Positions 50,385-64,000 of a stretch of DNA of 64,000 bases are shown one piece after another. Position numbers and translations under genes: made by a program. Where the stretch lies: assembly GCA_012295275.1 (NCBI GenBank), contig CM022668.1, forward strand, positions 6,882,001-6,946,000, given 5' to 3'. Position 1 is the stretch's first letter. Each line of letters starts with the position of its first letter. Source of the DNA: Chrysomallon squamiferum. Taxonomy: Eukaryota > Animalia > Mollusca. The notes below the pieces were generated by a model, which had not been told where the DNA came from, made no database searches, and saw nothing but the letters and a program-made list of their open reading frames with translations.

Positions 50385-52264
50385 CGCTTTTTATTTATTT
50401 TTTTTTAACTTCCTTTTTTTTTTCCCCGTCTCTCTCCCCCCCATGCCCACCTCTTACGTGATTAATGTTCGTAGACTTTTTCTGTGCTTCTTGAAAAAAA
50501 ACAGACAAACACTGGTTATGATTAATACTAATTTCCAAAACAGACCTGAAAGTTATGAAGGATATTTTGGCAAATGTAATAATGTTTCTTAGATGGAGTC
50601 ATTTACGTTTGAAGTCGTGGATCTAGTCACTGAACTGAAACTGTCTGTCTTTTTAACTGATGGGGGATATTCGTATCAGTTTTGTCTCTTTTTTTTTTTT
50701 TCAAAATTATTCTTTTATAATAATAATAATAATGTCGATGATGATGATAAAATACAAATTTTAAACAATAATTTATTTATTTATTTTATTATACAAGTCG
50801 ACAATTACTGGTCCATCACATATACGGTTCGACCAGTAATAGGGCACAAATTTTGGCTAACATTATTTCAAATTTCCTGAGTTATCGCACAAATATCTCG
50901 CTAATCTTTAATCGCACTTCTCGCTGCATGAAAACTTGGCGTCACTTGCAAACACAGGCATGTCATACCAGTTTGTATTTCTCCATTTAATGTTAGAATC
51001 TGTAAAACCTCTAACCCGGTAGCCTGCAGGTGCAGTGATAGCGTTGCTGTTGGTCAACCTGTATTAATTTTGGTTTATTTATTAAGATTACACACTCTCA
51101 ATAAAATGTTATTTTCAAAATCCATTACTTGTGATTTTACATCGCATATTTATTTTATGGTATATCTCTTATCCACCATCTCAGCCGATAATGCAGTTAA
51201 TTTGTAACGCGTTATTTTGTTCGGGCGTTATTTCAGTAGTTTGAATATTATACGTGAAATTTCTTATCAGTCCATTTCCACGTTCTTTCAGTTTAAGTGT
51301 ATTATTGTTGTTGTTGTTGTTGTTGTTGCTGTTATTGTTGTTTATATTTATTTATTTATTTATTTATTTTTTTTACACACTTTGATAATAAATGTGACAA
51401 GAAAAAAAGACGTAGCAAGTCTAAGTAAAAAAAAAACGAGGCGACCCCGGAACATCACTGCATGCCGCAAAACGTCCAGATGTTTCTTTTTTTTTTTTTT
51501 TTTTTCCCCCTCCTTTTTCTTTTCCTCAAGAATAAAGAAAATGTCGCCGGCATATTTTGACATACGAGAAGCGTACTTCCTTGGTGAAACAAACACGACT
51601 GCTATATATAGGCACAAGCAGCGCTTGCGATAATAATTTGACCTTTCTAACAGATGTAACCAAACGATTGTCATCACTGCGCAGACGTACAAACTGTTAC
51701 AGAACATACGTCCATGATACACGTATTTTTTGCTACAATTTTTTGCTTCGCTATGCTAATGAGAATATTATTAATAAAAAGTAAATATTAATTTTCTTTA
51801 TTATAATTATTCTTAAATAATAATATGTATAACTATGATGTGTTTCTGCCTAAATTATTTTTGATTACCGTTGCTCTTATTCCTTAACGAAACTGGTTTT
51901 TACTGCATATAATAAAGACGCCATTAAAAAAGAATAAAAAAAAAAAAAAAAAAAAAAAAGTCCTAGTTCCTGGGGAAAATTCGGATTTGCTTTTTTTTTT
52001 TTTTTTTTTTTCCTAACAGATTAATAACAGATTATATGTTTACAAGTTCTTGCAAGTTGTGACTAGCTTTGTTGTTATATATATTAAATCACATGTATCT
52101 TATTTCACTGTGTCGTAAAATTCTGAATCGAACACTGGACTGAAAACACTTTTAAAATAGTATGTAACGACGACGACGTTTATGGTGACTATTACCGTCA
52201 TTATTATTATTATTATTATTTATTATTATTATCATCATCATCATCACTGGTTCGTTAGTATTGC

Positions 52265-52328
<64 letters not shown>

Positions 52329-52344
52329 GGTTTGTTATTATTAC

Positions 52345-52393
<49 letters not shown>

Positions 52394-52650
52394 TTGTTAT
52401 TGTGATTGTTGTGGTTGTTATCATTATCATCATCGTTACCATCATCATAATTTTAATGAAAATGTAACATATTTGCTAGATGTGATACGTTCATTAATTC
52501 AACGAAACTCAAGTATTCATATTAGTATTAGCAGTATTAGTTACAGAACTGACTAAATGAAACCGTAGCATATTAACTGTTACTGAAAATTTACAAGTAA
52601 AATCTTGTCTACTCATATTCAAACATAAATAAATAAACAAATAAACAAAC

Positions 52651-52681
<31 letters not shown>

Positions 52682-52759
52682 AGTTCTTTTATTCATATTT
52701 GCTAATAAAGACATACTTTTTTAAAATCTATACAAAAATAACATTCATTCAAGGTATAC

Positions 52760-53700
52760 AAATAAATACGTATTTATTCAAATATTACACGCAAATGCAT
52801 ATCTTTTTATCATCCTCAAATTAATAATTATTTATTTGAATTTACAAATAAATGTTGGTTTTTAAACTTTTTAGGCACAAAAAGATATAGGAGATAAATA
52901 CGTATTTATTCAAAATTGGTATATATATATATAAGTATTTGTTCAAATTTACAAATAAATGTTATATTTCAAGATTTACAAATAAATACAAACATTTCTC
53001 TAAAATTTAGAAACAAATAGTGTTTTTAAAGTTTCCAAACAAACACCTATAATTCAGTATTTACGCGTAGATTACAAATAAATATGTGTATTAATTCAAA
53101 ATAGACAAAGATATACTGTTTTTTGTGTTTTACAAATAAATATATATATTAATTCAAAATAGACAAAGATATACTGTTTTTTGTGTTTTACAAATAAATA
53201 TATATATTAATTCAAAATAGACAAAGATATACTGTTTTTTGTGTTTTACAAATAAATTCGTCTTATTCGACGTTCACAAATAAATACATAGATTTGTCTA
53301 CAATTTACAAATAAATACTGTTTTTGAAGTATCCATATATATATATATATATATATATATACTGTTTTTTGTGTTTTACAAATAAATTCGTATTATTCGA
53401 CGTTCACAAATAAATACATACATTTGTCCACAATTTACAAATAAATACTGTTTTTGAAGTATCCATATATATATATATACTGTTTTTCGTGTTTTACAAA
53501 TAAATACGTCCTATTTGACATTTACAAATAAACTAGTGTTTTTAAAGTTTCCAAATAAACACCGATAATTCAGCATTTACGAACAGATTACAAATAAACA
53601 CCTATTTATTCACAATTTACAAATAAATACGTATACTAACTCAAAATATACTGCTTTTCAAATAAATTCGAATTATTTGACATTTACAAATAAATACGCA
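52760..53700. repeat. AT-rich composite minisatellite
   Basis: Core tttacaaataaata recurs throughout. ~58-bp unit three times at 53085-53260; ~125-bp unit twice at 53230-53480. Confidence 0.85.
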
Positions 53701-53983
53701 TTCAGTTCAGTAGTAATAAAAAAAATGCGAAACTTCCCGAATATTCAAAAACTTCACAGATTCTTTCTATGCAAATCTAAAGAAAAAATAACATTAATTA
53801 ACTACTTATTCGTCAAAATAAATAAAACTAATGTTTCGGAACAAACAAAGGAAAAACGTAGAAATCGACCAAATACATTATTACACATATATGTATATGT
53901 ATATATGAGTATATATGTGTATATACATACATATATATATCTATATATATATACATACATACATGTATACATACATACACACA

Positions 53984-54017
<34 letters not shown>

Positions 54018-54396
54018 CATACATACACACACAACAACAAGAAAATACTCACATATTTAAGAGGAGCTTCCCAGCGTTCCGTTTTCACAGCTCTCTTTGA
54101 ACATATCTATGCGTGCCTGTACGTATAATAGACACACATTAAGGGAATCCCATTATATTTACCACGTAATATTTGATTTCTCGGAAATCACTGTTTCCCG
54201 CATGTGTTAGCCTGGGACATACAAGATATAAACCGTACAGGGAATTAGTAAATAAGTGGACAGAGGTTTTGAAAAATACAGGAAAGTTGGGATTTTAAAA
54301 TTCCAGCAAAAATCTTTTGTTAAAAATATTGAGAGATGTCGTTTTATCGGGTATGAAATCTTCTTAGGTTTGTTTTGTGACATTATTAGATGAAAC

Positions 54397-54516
<120 letters not shown>

Positions 54517-54874
54517 ATCTCAAGGAGCGAGAGAGAGATTTTTCTCTCAAGGAAAGAGATATATAACTAAATAGACAGACAGAGAGAGAGACTGAGTGAG
54601 TTGTCAGAGACAGAAGACAGACAAAGTGACGAGAAAACAGCACGGAGACAGAGGGAGACAGACAAAGAAAGAGAGAGACGGAGAAACGGATCTCTAAGAA
54701 AGAATGTATTAGATAATTGCAGACAGACTTCTAACGCACGACAAAAGATAAAATTCGGGTTACACACACGAACCCTCCTTGTTCCCGTAGCTTAAAGCGT
54801 GATCCTGTGTCTTGTTAGCACACAGGATCGGTGCTCTTCTGTAAATTATTTTCCGTTCCAACCATAGCTCCAGG

Positions 54875-55620
54875 CTAGTACTAATACTACTGCAGCTGCT
54901 ATTACAACTACTACTATTACTACTGCTGCTGCTGCTGCTGCTGTTGCTTCTATTTCTACTACTACTGCTACCACTACTAATATTATTACTATTACTACCA
55001 CTACTGCTACTACTACTACTACAATTATTAGTTCTGTTATTATTGTTTCTAGTATTACTACTATTACTAATACTATTACTATTATTACTTTAACTACTGT
55101 AGCAACTGTAACTACTTATACTATTATAACTAAATTTGTTACTACTTTTATTAACATTATTGCCATTACTACTTCTACAACAATAGCTAATAAAACTAAA
55201 CTACTACCACTACTACTACCACTACCAACACCGCTACCAGTATTACTGCTAATAATACTACTACTAATAATAACAATAACAGTAGTATTGTTACTACTAC
55301 GACTGCTACAACTACTACTACTGTTATTACTACTGCTATTACCACTACTACGACTACTACCTCCTCTGCTACCACAATTATTGCTACTACTATAATTACT
55401 AATAATAACAATAACAGTAGTATTATTACTACTGCTACAACAACAACTACTACTACTATTATTAGTACTACCACTACTACCACGACTGCTAACACTATTA
55501 CTGCTACAACAACAACTACTACTAATAATAACAATAACACTAATAGTTGTTGTTTTAGTAGAACAGCCATATTTGTAGTAGTAATAATACTAGGCAGTGG
55601 TAGCAGTTCTAGCAATAAAT
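54875..55620. repeat. degenerate (ACT)n-type trinucleotide tract
   Basis: Long low-complexity act/att/acc triplet array. Explains the poly-V/L ORF at 55196-55615. Confidence 0.9.
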
Positions 55621-55866
55621 TATAATTTAATACTAGCTGTTGCTGTTGTAGTAATATACTACTAAATTATACTTTATTTAGGATATTACATGAATCTATA
55701 ATTAGCTAAACTGCGGGGGGTTTTATTATTAAGTAAGTTTTATAAATAGTCTAATTAATTGCGAAATGTCATAATACAGCCTCAGCTTACATGCTGTCAC
55801 GTGGTGCTGTGCTAAAAATAGCTCCCAGTCACGTCGTCATTTCAATATGGTATTATAGAAACTTAA

Positions 55867-55927
<61 letters not shown>

Positions 55928-56043
55928 GTAATAGTAGTAGTAGTAGCAGCAGTAACAATCATTTCAATTTGGTGTTAGGGAAGCTTAACAATAAATTAAA
56001 AATAATAATAATAATAATAATAATAAAAGTAATGGTATAGTAA

Positions 56044-56103
<60 letters not shown>

Positions 56104-56201
56104 CTGTAGCTGGAATTATTCCTTATGTCTTAACTTCAATTTATGTATTTTGTTTGCAATTTTCTTTTCTTCTAAATAATTAATCTGTGAATAAGAAAGA
56201 G

Positions 56202-56270
<69 letters not shown>

Positions 56271-57433
56271 CTGTGTTTGAACGTTATTATCAAAGGATCT
56301 GGCATATCTGATTTTATGTCAAATTAGATACACTTACGAAAATAAAAAATTATTATTATTATTATTATTATTATTCAAAGTTTATAAAAGTGTATTGAGT
56401 AGACAAATTCTAAGTTCAGACTTGTTTCTAGGTGAAAATTAACGCTTGGATAGTTGTCAGTTTGCTGACACCTTACAATTTCAGGTTCTTATATATATTT
56501 CTTCTTACATAACAATATATTTGTGTGTGTGTGTGTGAGTGTGTGTGTACGCCATTTCAGTTCTGGTTAATGAGGCGTGACTAATTGGCACATTTTCTTT
56601 TTTTCTTTTTTCTTTTTTTTGTTTTGTTTGTCGTATTTTTATCTTTTTATTAAATCTTGAAGAAAAAAAAAAAAAACATATTATTCTGCATTTAGTTTTA
56701 TAATCAAGAACCGTTGCAAGGTAATTTTTTTTATACTTCTTCACTGGGTCGTGGAATAGGATCACGTGACTATGTATTATATTTCCTCAGCAAGATACTG
56801 GTAAAATGTTTGATTTTCTTTTTGAATTATAAAAATCATATATACGCATGTGTCTGTGTGTTCTTTAATCTTTGTTTTAAAAACTATATATATTTTTTTT
56901 TCTTCACGTTGTTTGTACAGTTAACACTTTAATTGCTAATACATTCACATGCTGCCCTGGAGTAGGCTGAAAGGCAGCAGAAATCAGTTGGATGCTTATG
57001 CTATTCTTTAATCTTGGTTTTAAAAACTAATATCAAACCAATATATATATATATATATATATGCAGTAGTCATGCATCAGTAGATATAAACTAAAAGTTG
57101 CTGACAGTATCTCCTTTAAACGATACGAGTAAGAAAGAATAAAAGACCAGTTATCTCGATACTCCACGCTTATGAATAATGCTGGGCACGTTTTTCACTT
57201 TACAACACTTTTTATCGTTTGATTTCGTTTCTTTTATTGATAATGCTTTGAGGATCCTTTGTTAATAATTACCAAAAATTTAAAAAGAATACTTAGGAGA
57301 AATTTACATTTTATGCGTTTCAAAGAGGAACAGCTGTGAGTGTGTCAGTGAGGACCTATATTAAATGTCTGACAAAAAAAGAAACCTTGAATTTTAGTGG
57401 TAATAAAGAAAATAAACACTCCAGCTGTTTGTT

Positions 57434-57466
<33 letters not shown>

Positions 57467-57810
57467 GTGTGTGTGTGTATGTGTGTACATGTGTGTGTGT
57501 CTGTGTGTGCGTGCGTGCGTGTGTTTGTGTGCATGTGTGTGTGTGAATGTGCGTGCGTGCGTGCGTGCGTGTGTGTGTGTGCAGACAAACATTCTGTCGT
57601 TGTTGGCAGACTCCGCCATCTACAGACTGATTGGAATAACGTCACCACGTACTATTCAAGATCAGCAGAACAACAACAACACCAACTACAACACCAGTAA
57701 AATGTAAATGGGCACATTAACATGAGTGAATGGATGTCGATGATCATATCTAAATATAACATTAAAATAAAGTTACAAATGTGATTCCACATTGGTAAAT
57801 GGAAAATTTC

Positions 57811-58549
57811 GGACAATTCAACACTTGGTAAATTGGAAAATTCCCCCCGGAGTCCCACTGGACAATTCTTAGACGGACAATTCCCCACTCGGACAATTCC
57901 CCACTCGGACAATTTCGGACAATTCCCACTGGACAATTCTCTAGACGGACGGACAATTCAACCCGGACAATTCCCACTGGACAATTCTCCGGACAATTCC
58001 CCTCGGACAATTCCCCACTCGGACAGTCCCCACTGGACAGTTCCCCACTCGGACAGTTCCCACTGGACAGAATTAGAGTATTTCTCGAACAATTTTACAC
58101 TAACTTTAACCACTGGACAATCTCTAGACGGACAATTTTCCCACTCGGACAATTCCCCACTCGGACAATTATCGGACAATTCAACCGGACAATTCCCACT
58201 GGATTTTAGACGGACAATTTCGGAAATTCTTCGGACAATTCAACACTGGATGATCCCCCTCGGACAATTCTCTGGTGCAATCAGACGGACAAAACTCGAA
58301 CAATTCTCGGACAATTCCCCACTCGGACATGGAAACATCGACACAGTACTGAAAAGAATTAGTATTTCTTTTTATTAAACTTTAACCAAAAAATTTTCAT
58401 TGGTACTGACATATACAAATTATCCAAAACGGCAATCACAGAAAAATACTCTGATAAACATGTAAAAGACACTTATAAAAAAATGTGGAGTGAGGAATTA
58501 TCCAAAACGGTCATTATGGAGTGGGGAATTGTCTAGTGGGGAATTGTCC
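57811..58549. mobile_element. non-autonomous foldback-like DNA element with GGACAATTCCCCACT subrepeats
   Basis: Dozens of ggacaattc(c)ccact(c) units at 57811-58330 and inverted copies gtggggaattgtc at 58487-58549. Internal taactttaacc motif. Confidence 0.6.
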
Positions 58550-59651
58550 TGGATTCTTCCATACTATGTAACTATATTTATAGACACTGAAGGCGAAAAT
58601 GACGGCAACAGCGGTATGTCCATAAAACGGGTCAAATTGGTTATAAAATGTTTCCCATTTATCTCACTGTTTGTCCTGTCGCTTGTGGTTACTGGATTCG
58701 TAAACAAGGAACAACGAGAAGTCACACGCAGAGAGCGCTGTTAAACAGCATCAGTAACAAACTACCGGAAACTACTGCCCCCCCCAACTCGTCTGTCGCT
58801 TCCTGGTCTCCCACCAGTCCTCAGAGCTCAGTCTTACCTCGCCTCCGTTAAACAGTGTATTGAAGGTAAAAGAAACCATGGAAATATAACCATCAGGAAT
58901 CATCTAAAAGCTCGTTATTTCATTGTCATATTTTTATTTATTCGCATCAAATAATGGTTGCAAGACGCAAGCAAAACAACAAATTTGGAAGCATACCAAA
59001 AATCTTTGACCTTATAACCAGGAGTTAACCCAGGCTTCAGCTGAGCAATATGTAACCAGGTTTTTGCACTGTCACTGACATGCTAGGCAATAGACTGCAA
59101 CTTGATACAAAATAAAATGTTTTAGAAACACAGTAGAGCAGAAGACCGCGGGGTGAGGTGTACTAAACCGGTTTGAAAAACAAAAAGTGAATAAAATAAA
59201 AAGCTCACTCGAACAGGGACACACTAGAACATATAAACTTTATGTTTTGAATTTCAGTTTTATAAAGACGAGTAGAGATATTATCGCAATGATTTTGACA
59301 GGTGCAAAAAAAAAAAAAAAAAGATTAGTTTTATACTGTTAGAGAGATACAAAGTTAATGGCTAAATCTTGATTATTTATTTATTTATTCATTGTTTTGT
59401 TCTTGTTGTTGTTTAAATGCTTAATTAAAAACAAAGGAAGCAACAAAAGAATATTCAGTATTAAGATATCTGGACATTGCCATATTTCTACAGTCGTGAC
59501 GTCAACGCATATAGAGCGGATCGGTTGGGTGGGGGGTTTTGGACTTTTTTCAGAAACTATCAGTCCGCCGCGTACTACAATATGTCGCAGCTCCAATTAC
59601 CAAGGAGTACAATAGCAACGATCAGGTATCTTCTACCACTGCTATTTATTG

Positions 59652-59920
59652 CAGTGTTTTTCAACCTTTTATGAACCAAGGAACATTTTTTTTTTACATT
59701 GAAAAAACCCAAAATGTCTGAGTCACACCAACAAACAAAAGGGTTACAGAATGACACATTTGCAATGACTACTTAGTTACTTCGCCAGTGACTGGGCAGA
59801 TTATCCGAGGTAACTAAATTATATTGTTTTTGTGGGGTTTTTTGGCTAATTAACTGGATTTGGATAATTTCCCACCGCACACCTGACGATTATTCACGTC
59901 GCAGTGGTTGAACATCACTG
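59652..59920. mobile_element. hAT-type MITE
   Basis: TIRs CAGTGTTTTTCAACC and GGTTGAACATCACTG. Flanking 8-mers atttattg and actcattg match 6/8, consistent with an old 8-bp TSD. Confidence 0.75.
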
Positions 59921-60374
59921 ACTCATTGTCATACTTTTGTTACGAGTCAATGGCAGGCTAGCCAAAACAATAAAATGATATCTAAGAAATATAAAGAATT
60001 TTATTAAACCATTTATTCCTGCCATCGTTAATACATTTTTAAGGACAGATTCAGTGTAGCAAAAAAAAAAAAAAAAAAAAAACAGATAAAAAGTTGAAGA
60101 AGAAACGTTGTTTTACATAGATCGTTCCCAGACTGTGAAGCAATTAATGCAAAATAAACAAACAAAAGAGAAGAGAACTGAAGATTTATCTTTGGGTTTT
60201 TTTGCTGCGAGACATCCTTTTAATACCAGCTCCGTGGCAAAAATAATTTCCTTCACAGACGTCAATGTTTTCTTTTGTATGTTCACCATGTGAAAAATGT
60301 CAATACTCTATTAGTACCGCATTTATGACTATTACAACAAACACATCACTGCTACATCAGTTACTACTCAAAGC

Positions 60375-60570
60375 ACAACTACAACCACTTCAATACTGCA
60401 ACTACTACACCAGCTACCACCAGAACCACTAGTACAACCACTTGAATACTGCAACTACTACACCAGCTACCACTAGTACAACCACTTGAATACTGCAACT
60501 ACTACACCAGCTACCACCAGAACCACTAGTACAACCACTTGAATACTGCAACTACTACTACCAGAACCAC
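60375..60570. repeat. ~45-53-bp minisatellite, ~4 copies
   Basis: Unit acaaccacttgaatactgcaactactacaccagctaccaccagaaccactagt. Confidence 0.9.
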
Positions 60571-60905
60571 TACGTAGTGTAGTAACAACTCCTGCTACTG
60601 CTGCTATGACTACCACTACATCATAACTAATCTGTCACCACCACTACTACAGCTACAGCACTAGCACTTTATAACTATTCCCACAAGAGACATTACAATC
60701 ACCATCACAACTCCAACTTCTAAAACTACGTTTACATCAACTAATTTTCATTATGATACTGGTAAAGGTGGTATGTAATATTCTTATTAATTATTATGTA
60801 ATATTGATAAAATAACAACATCATTGCCTGAATAGCATCCTTCCACATTTGTTCTATTATTCGTTTTATCCTACCTCAAAATTGCTACTTGTGTGTGTGT
60901 TCTGT

Positions 60906-61012
<107 letters not shown>

Positions 61013-62418
61013 AAATAAAATGAAAAAATCAAGCATACTTGTGATACCATTGAAAATAGGTTAATATTTGTACCTACATTTATATTTACATTCACACAGA
61101 CATAGTCTGACAGACATTCACTCAAAACTTAGGTTAAAAAAAAAAAAAAAAATGTCAAAACTAAATTATTTTATCAACGCAGCAAACTTTTGCAAAGCTG
61201 CCTCACTCTGTATAGGATTTTTTCTATTACTGATTAATTAACGAGTTATTCGAGTATTATTGAAATTATAATTTAGAACAGTATAATAATTATTACTAAA
61301 TAATATTTATTTATTATATTATATTATATTATATTATATTATATTATATTATATTATATTATATATTTGTTTGTTTATTTATTTATTTTTATTAAACGTT
61401 ATTAGGAGAAAACTTATACTGTCACATTAAAGGCTGTTTTCACAGTCAAGAAGTGTTTTTAATTTTCACTTCTACATACACTGAAGTACTCAAGACTACT
61501 TTTACTGAAGGGAACCGTTTGATACATAAAATCACATTTTTGTAAACCAGTTATAAGAGCCGTGGTTGGAATGGCAGAACAGAACAGGACATATGACCAT
61601 CATGCAAGTACTCTGCTATCAATTCAGTTTTCACCTCTGGTTTCTGAGTCAGTATCACTGGCCAATCTATATTTTGGGGCCATTTGCAAGCAGTAACGAA
61701 ATCTGCTTAACCAATATTATCTTCTTCTATGGCAATTTTCCATGACTGGTTTTTAAAAATGTAGACACATCTCAGATTTTTATTAAAAATTTAAACAATA
61801 TGGACTATACTTCTGGGGTCCTTTTGGTTTAGGGGCACTGAAACTTAAACTTTATTAGTTTCATAATAGATTTGACACTGGTCAGTATTATATAGTAATA
61901 TAAATTTTTTTAATTCCTGTAATAATCTATTTAAATTTAAATAATTAACTAATTCTGTAAATATGTTAATGTTTTAAAATCTTTTGACTTTTTGGTAAAT
62001 TAAAATAAATTATCTACATATTCACACAGACAGGGATATTAAAAATTAGAAAATAACAAAAAGGAAAAAGAAAGAAAAATAAAAGATGAATTAAAAAAAG
62101 AAGATAATTAATATTTTAATTTCTTTTTTGGACAAATTTAGATTTGTAAAGAAAACTGATTAATTTTGACTACACTTTCTGAAATTTAAAAAAAATAATT
62201 AACAAGTAATAAAATCAGGGGAAAAAAATTACATTTTAATTTCTTTCAGATATAAAATGATTTGTGTTTGCAAACAAAAACAAATAATTTTTATCCAAGC
62301 TCTATAAAACAATAATTATAAAGAAAATGAAAACCAACAAATAAATGCATAAAAAAACTGAAAAACAATTTATTTTAAATTTCTTTTTTTCAAATATTTA
62401 TTATCAAGTTAAAACAAA

Positions 62419-62795
62419 TCATCTAAATTTAAGTTTTCCCAAATATATAAAAATATCTCTGCTGTAATCATGAAAAACTTCTTCAATGTCGAAATTTTCT
62501 TTTAATATTGTTAAAAACTTTTTATCTCTGTCATATCGAATTTTGCATGACAACAGAAGAGTTGTCTTCTCACTACACAGGTGCAACAGAGTTCGTTTAA
62601 GGTGAAAAAAGGTGTCTTCAATGTATATAATGTCAGCACCTATAACCACATCATAATGTCTTTTGAAATCAGAGAGATTCTGTGTCCAGTCTAGAACTAC
62701 AGTAGAAATCTTTTTGTCGGCAGGAATGTTCTGTTTAACAATGTGTCTCAGATTTTCCACAGCTTCTTGTCTTTCGGTTACTGTGACATCACCAC
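62419..62795 (-). CDS. METTL21A: METTL21A-like protein-lysine methyltransferase, last coding exon
   Basis: GGDVTVTERQEAVENL..LDWTQNL..YDVVIGADIIYIEDTF..LLHLC..LLSCKIRYDRD..F matches METTL21A GADIIYLEETF and ACRIRYERD. Acceptor ttttgcag at 62797-62796, phase 1. No upstream exon recognised in the window. Confidence 0.9.
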
Positions 62796-64000
62796 CTGCA
62801 AAAATAATAATAAAATTAATAATAATAATTAATAATAATAATAATAATAATAAAAATAATAAAAATAATAAAAAATAATAATAATAATTAAAAATAATAA
62901 TAATAATAATAATAATAAATATAAATATAAATATAAATATAAATAATAATAATAATTAAATAATAATAAAAATTGTTTTTACATGTATTTATATGATATA
63001 TATATATATGTATTTTTTTTTTTTTTTTTTTTGTTTCAAGTGATGGTTATATTTATTATATATTTCTGTTAAAATGTATCTGAGAAAATTGTCTAAATAT
63101 TAATTTACATAACAGTTATTTATGTTTTGTTTAAGTCCACAACTGATCTACATGTATTTTGTTTTAATTTTTTTTTTTTTTTTCATCATTCAGCTGATGA
63201 GTTTAGCATGAAAAAAATTAAGGATAGAAATATATTTTTAAATTTTCAATTTACACTTTACACTATTTATGCTTCTGAGGTTAATAATAATAAGTAGTAG
63301 CGGTAGATGAAACAAACAAAAACAATAATGATAATGATAATACCAACAAAAACATAGGAAATAATAATGATAATAATAACATAACAATAATAATGATAAT
63401 AATAATAATACTAAAGAAAAAAGGATGTGTCTGTAATAGAGGCTAAACATGTTTTTTAAATTGTCAAATAGCTTTTTGATTTCTTATCTTGTCAAATATA
63501 TTATATTTCCAATTTATTTATTTATTAGTTTCTTGTTGATATACCTTTGTTTTATTTTACATTTGTTCTGTCACTTGTTAATATGGTCCAGTGTTTCTTT
63601 GTGTATACATTTGTGATAATTTTCAAACTAACTAAAATATAATTTAAACTGTTTAATGTTATTTTTATTCTAGTGCACACCTGTTTTTGCTGATAATAAA
63701 GCCTGACAAATATACCTTTGAGGTATTTTTTTTTTGGACATAATTTTGTATGTAGAAATAAAATAAAAATAAAAATTCATTACTTAGAAAACAGAACCTT
63801 AACAATGATTTTCTCAACCTATCATAAAAAAAAAAATAATAATAACAAAAATAAAGTAATAATAAAATAAATAAATAAATAAATAAAATTCAGTTCTGGT
63901 TTAAAAATTAAAAATGTATTTGTTTCTTGCTATCCAGCTTTATTAATAATGAAATACAACAATAAAAAATCTGTTTAATTCTGTTGTTATGACATAATTA

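Noticed and set aside
54801-54829. Perfect 10-bp hairpin GATCCTGTGT/ACACAGGATC
   Set aside because: Too short for a pre-miRNA, no adjacent Helitron CTRR end, and plausible by chance in 64 kb.
57811-58378. Regularly spaced repeats and the 181-aa ORF as a CRISPR array or repeat protein
   Set aside because: No unique spacers, no cas genes, eukaryotic context. ORFs on both strands arise from the repeat itself.

Overview
AT-rich, microsatellite-rich animal genomic DNA, probably a mollusc or gastropod (inferred from protein sequences and repeat content). Three host genes lie on the minus strand. (1) beta-catenin, 5' part: 10 coding exons with in-phase GT-AG junctions from the ATG at 10227 to the window edge, plus a probable non-coding first exon and promoter near 15.0-15.2 kb. 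(2) An innexin whose main coding exon is 46819-47980. (3) The last coding exon of a METTL21A-like methyltransferase, 62419-62795. Between beta-catenin and the innexin is a ~22 kb CpG-poor block (~22.2-44.6 kb) with no intact host CDS. It is packed with decayed coding relics: an I/Nimb-type LINE, a Tx1/L1 LINE, hAT and pogo fragments, and coiled-coil modules. It also holds an adjacent, intron-less trio: an RNA polymerase largest-subunit fragment, a ribonucleotide reductase R1 fragment and ankyrin repeats, together resembling a large DNA virus (NCLDV, possibly asfarvirus-like). Almost all relics lie on the minus strand, antisense to a candidate spliced non-coding plus-strand transcript starting at ~20.3 kb. 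The leading hypothesis is a uni-strand piRNA-cluster-like locus holding viral fragments. Beta-catenin also shows tandem duplications across splice sites and a 4-codon uORF whose stop overlaps the main ATG. All homology calls are by eye and from remembered sequences; no searches were run.
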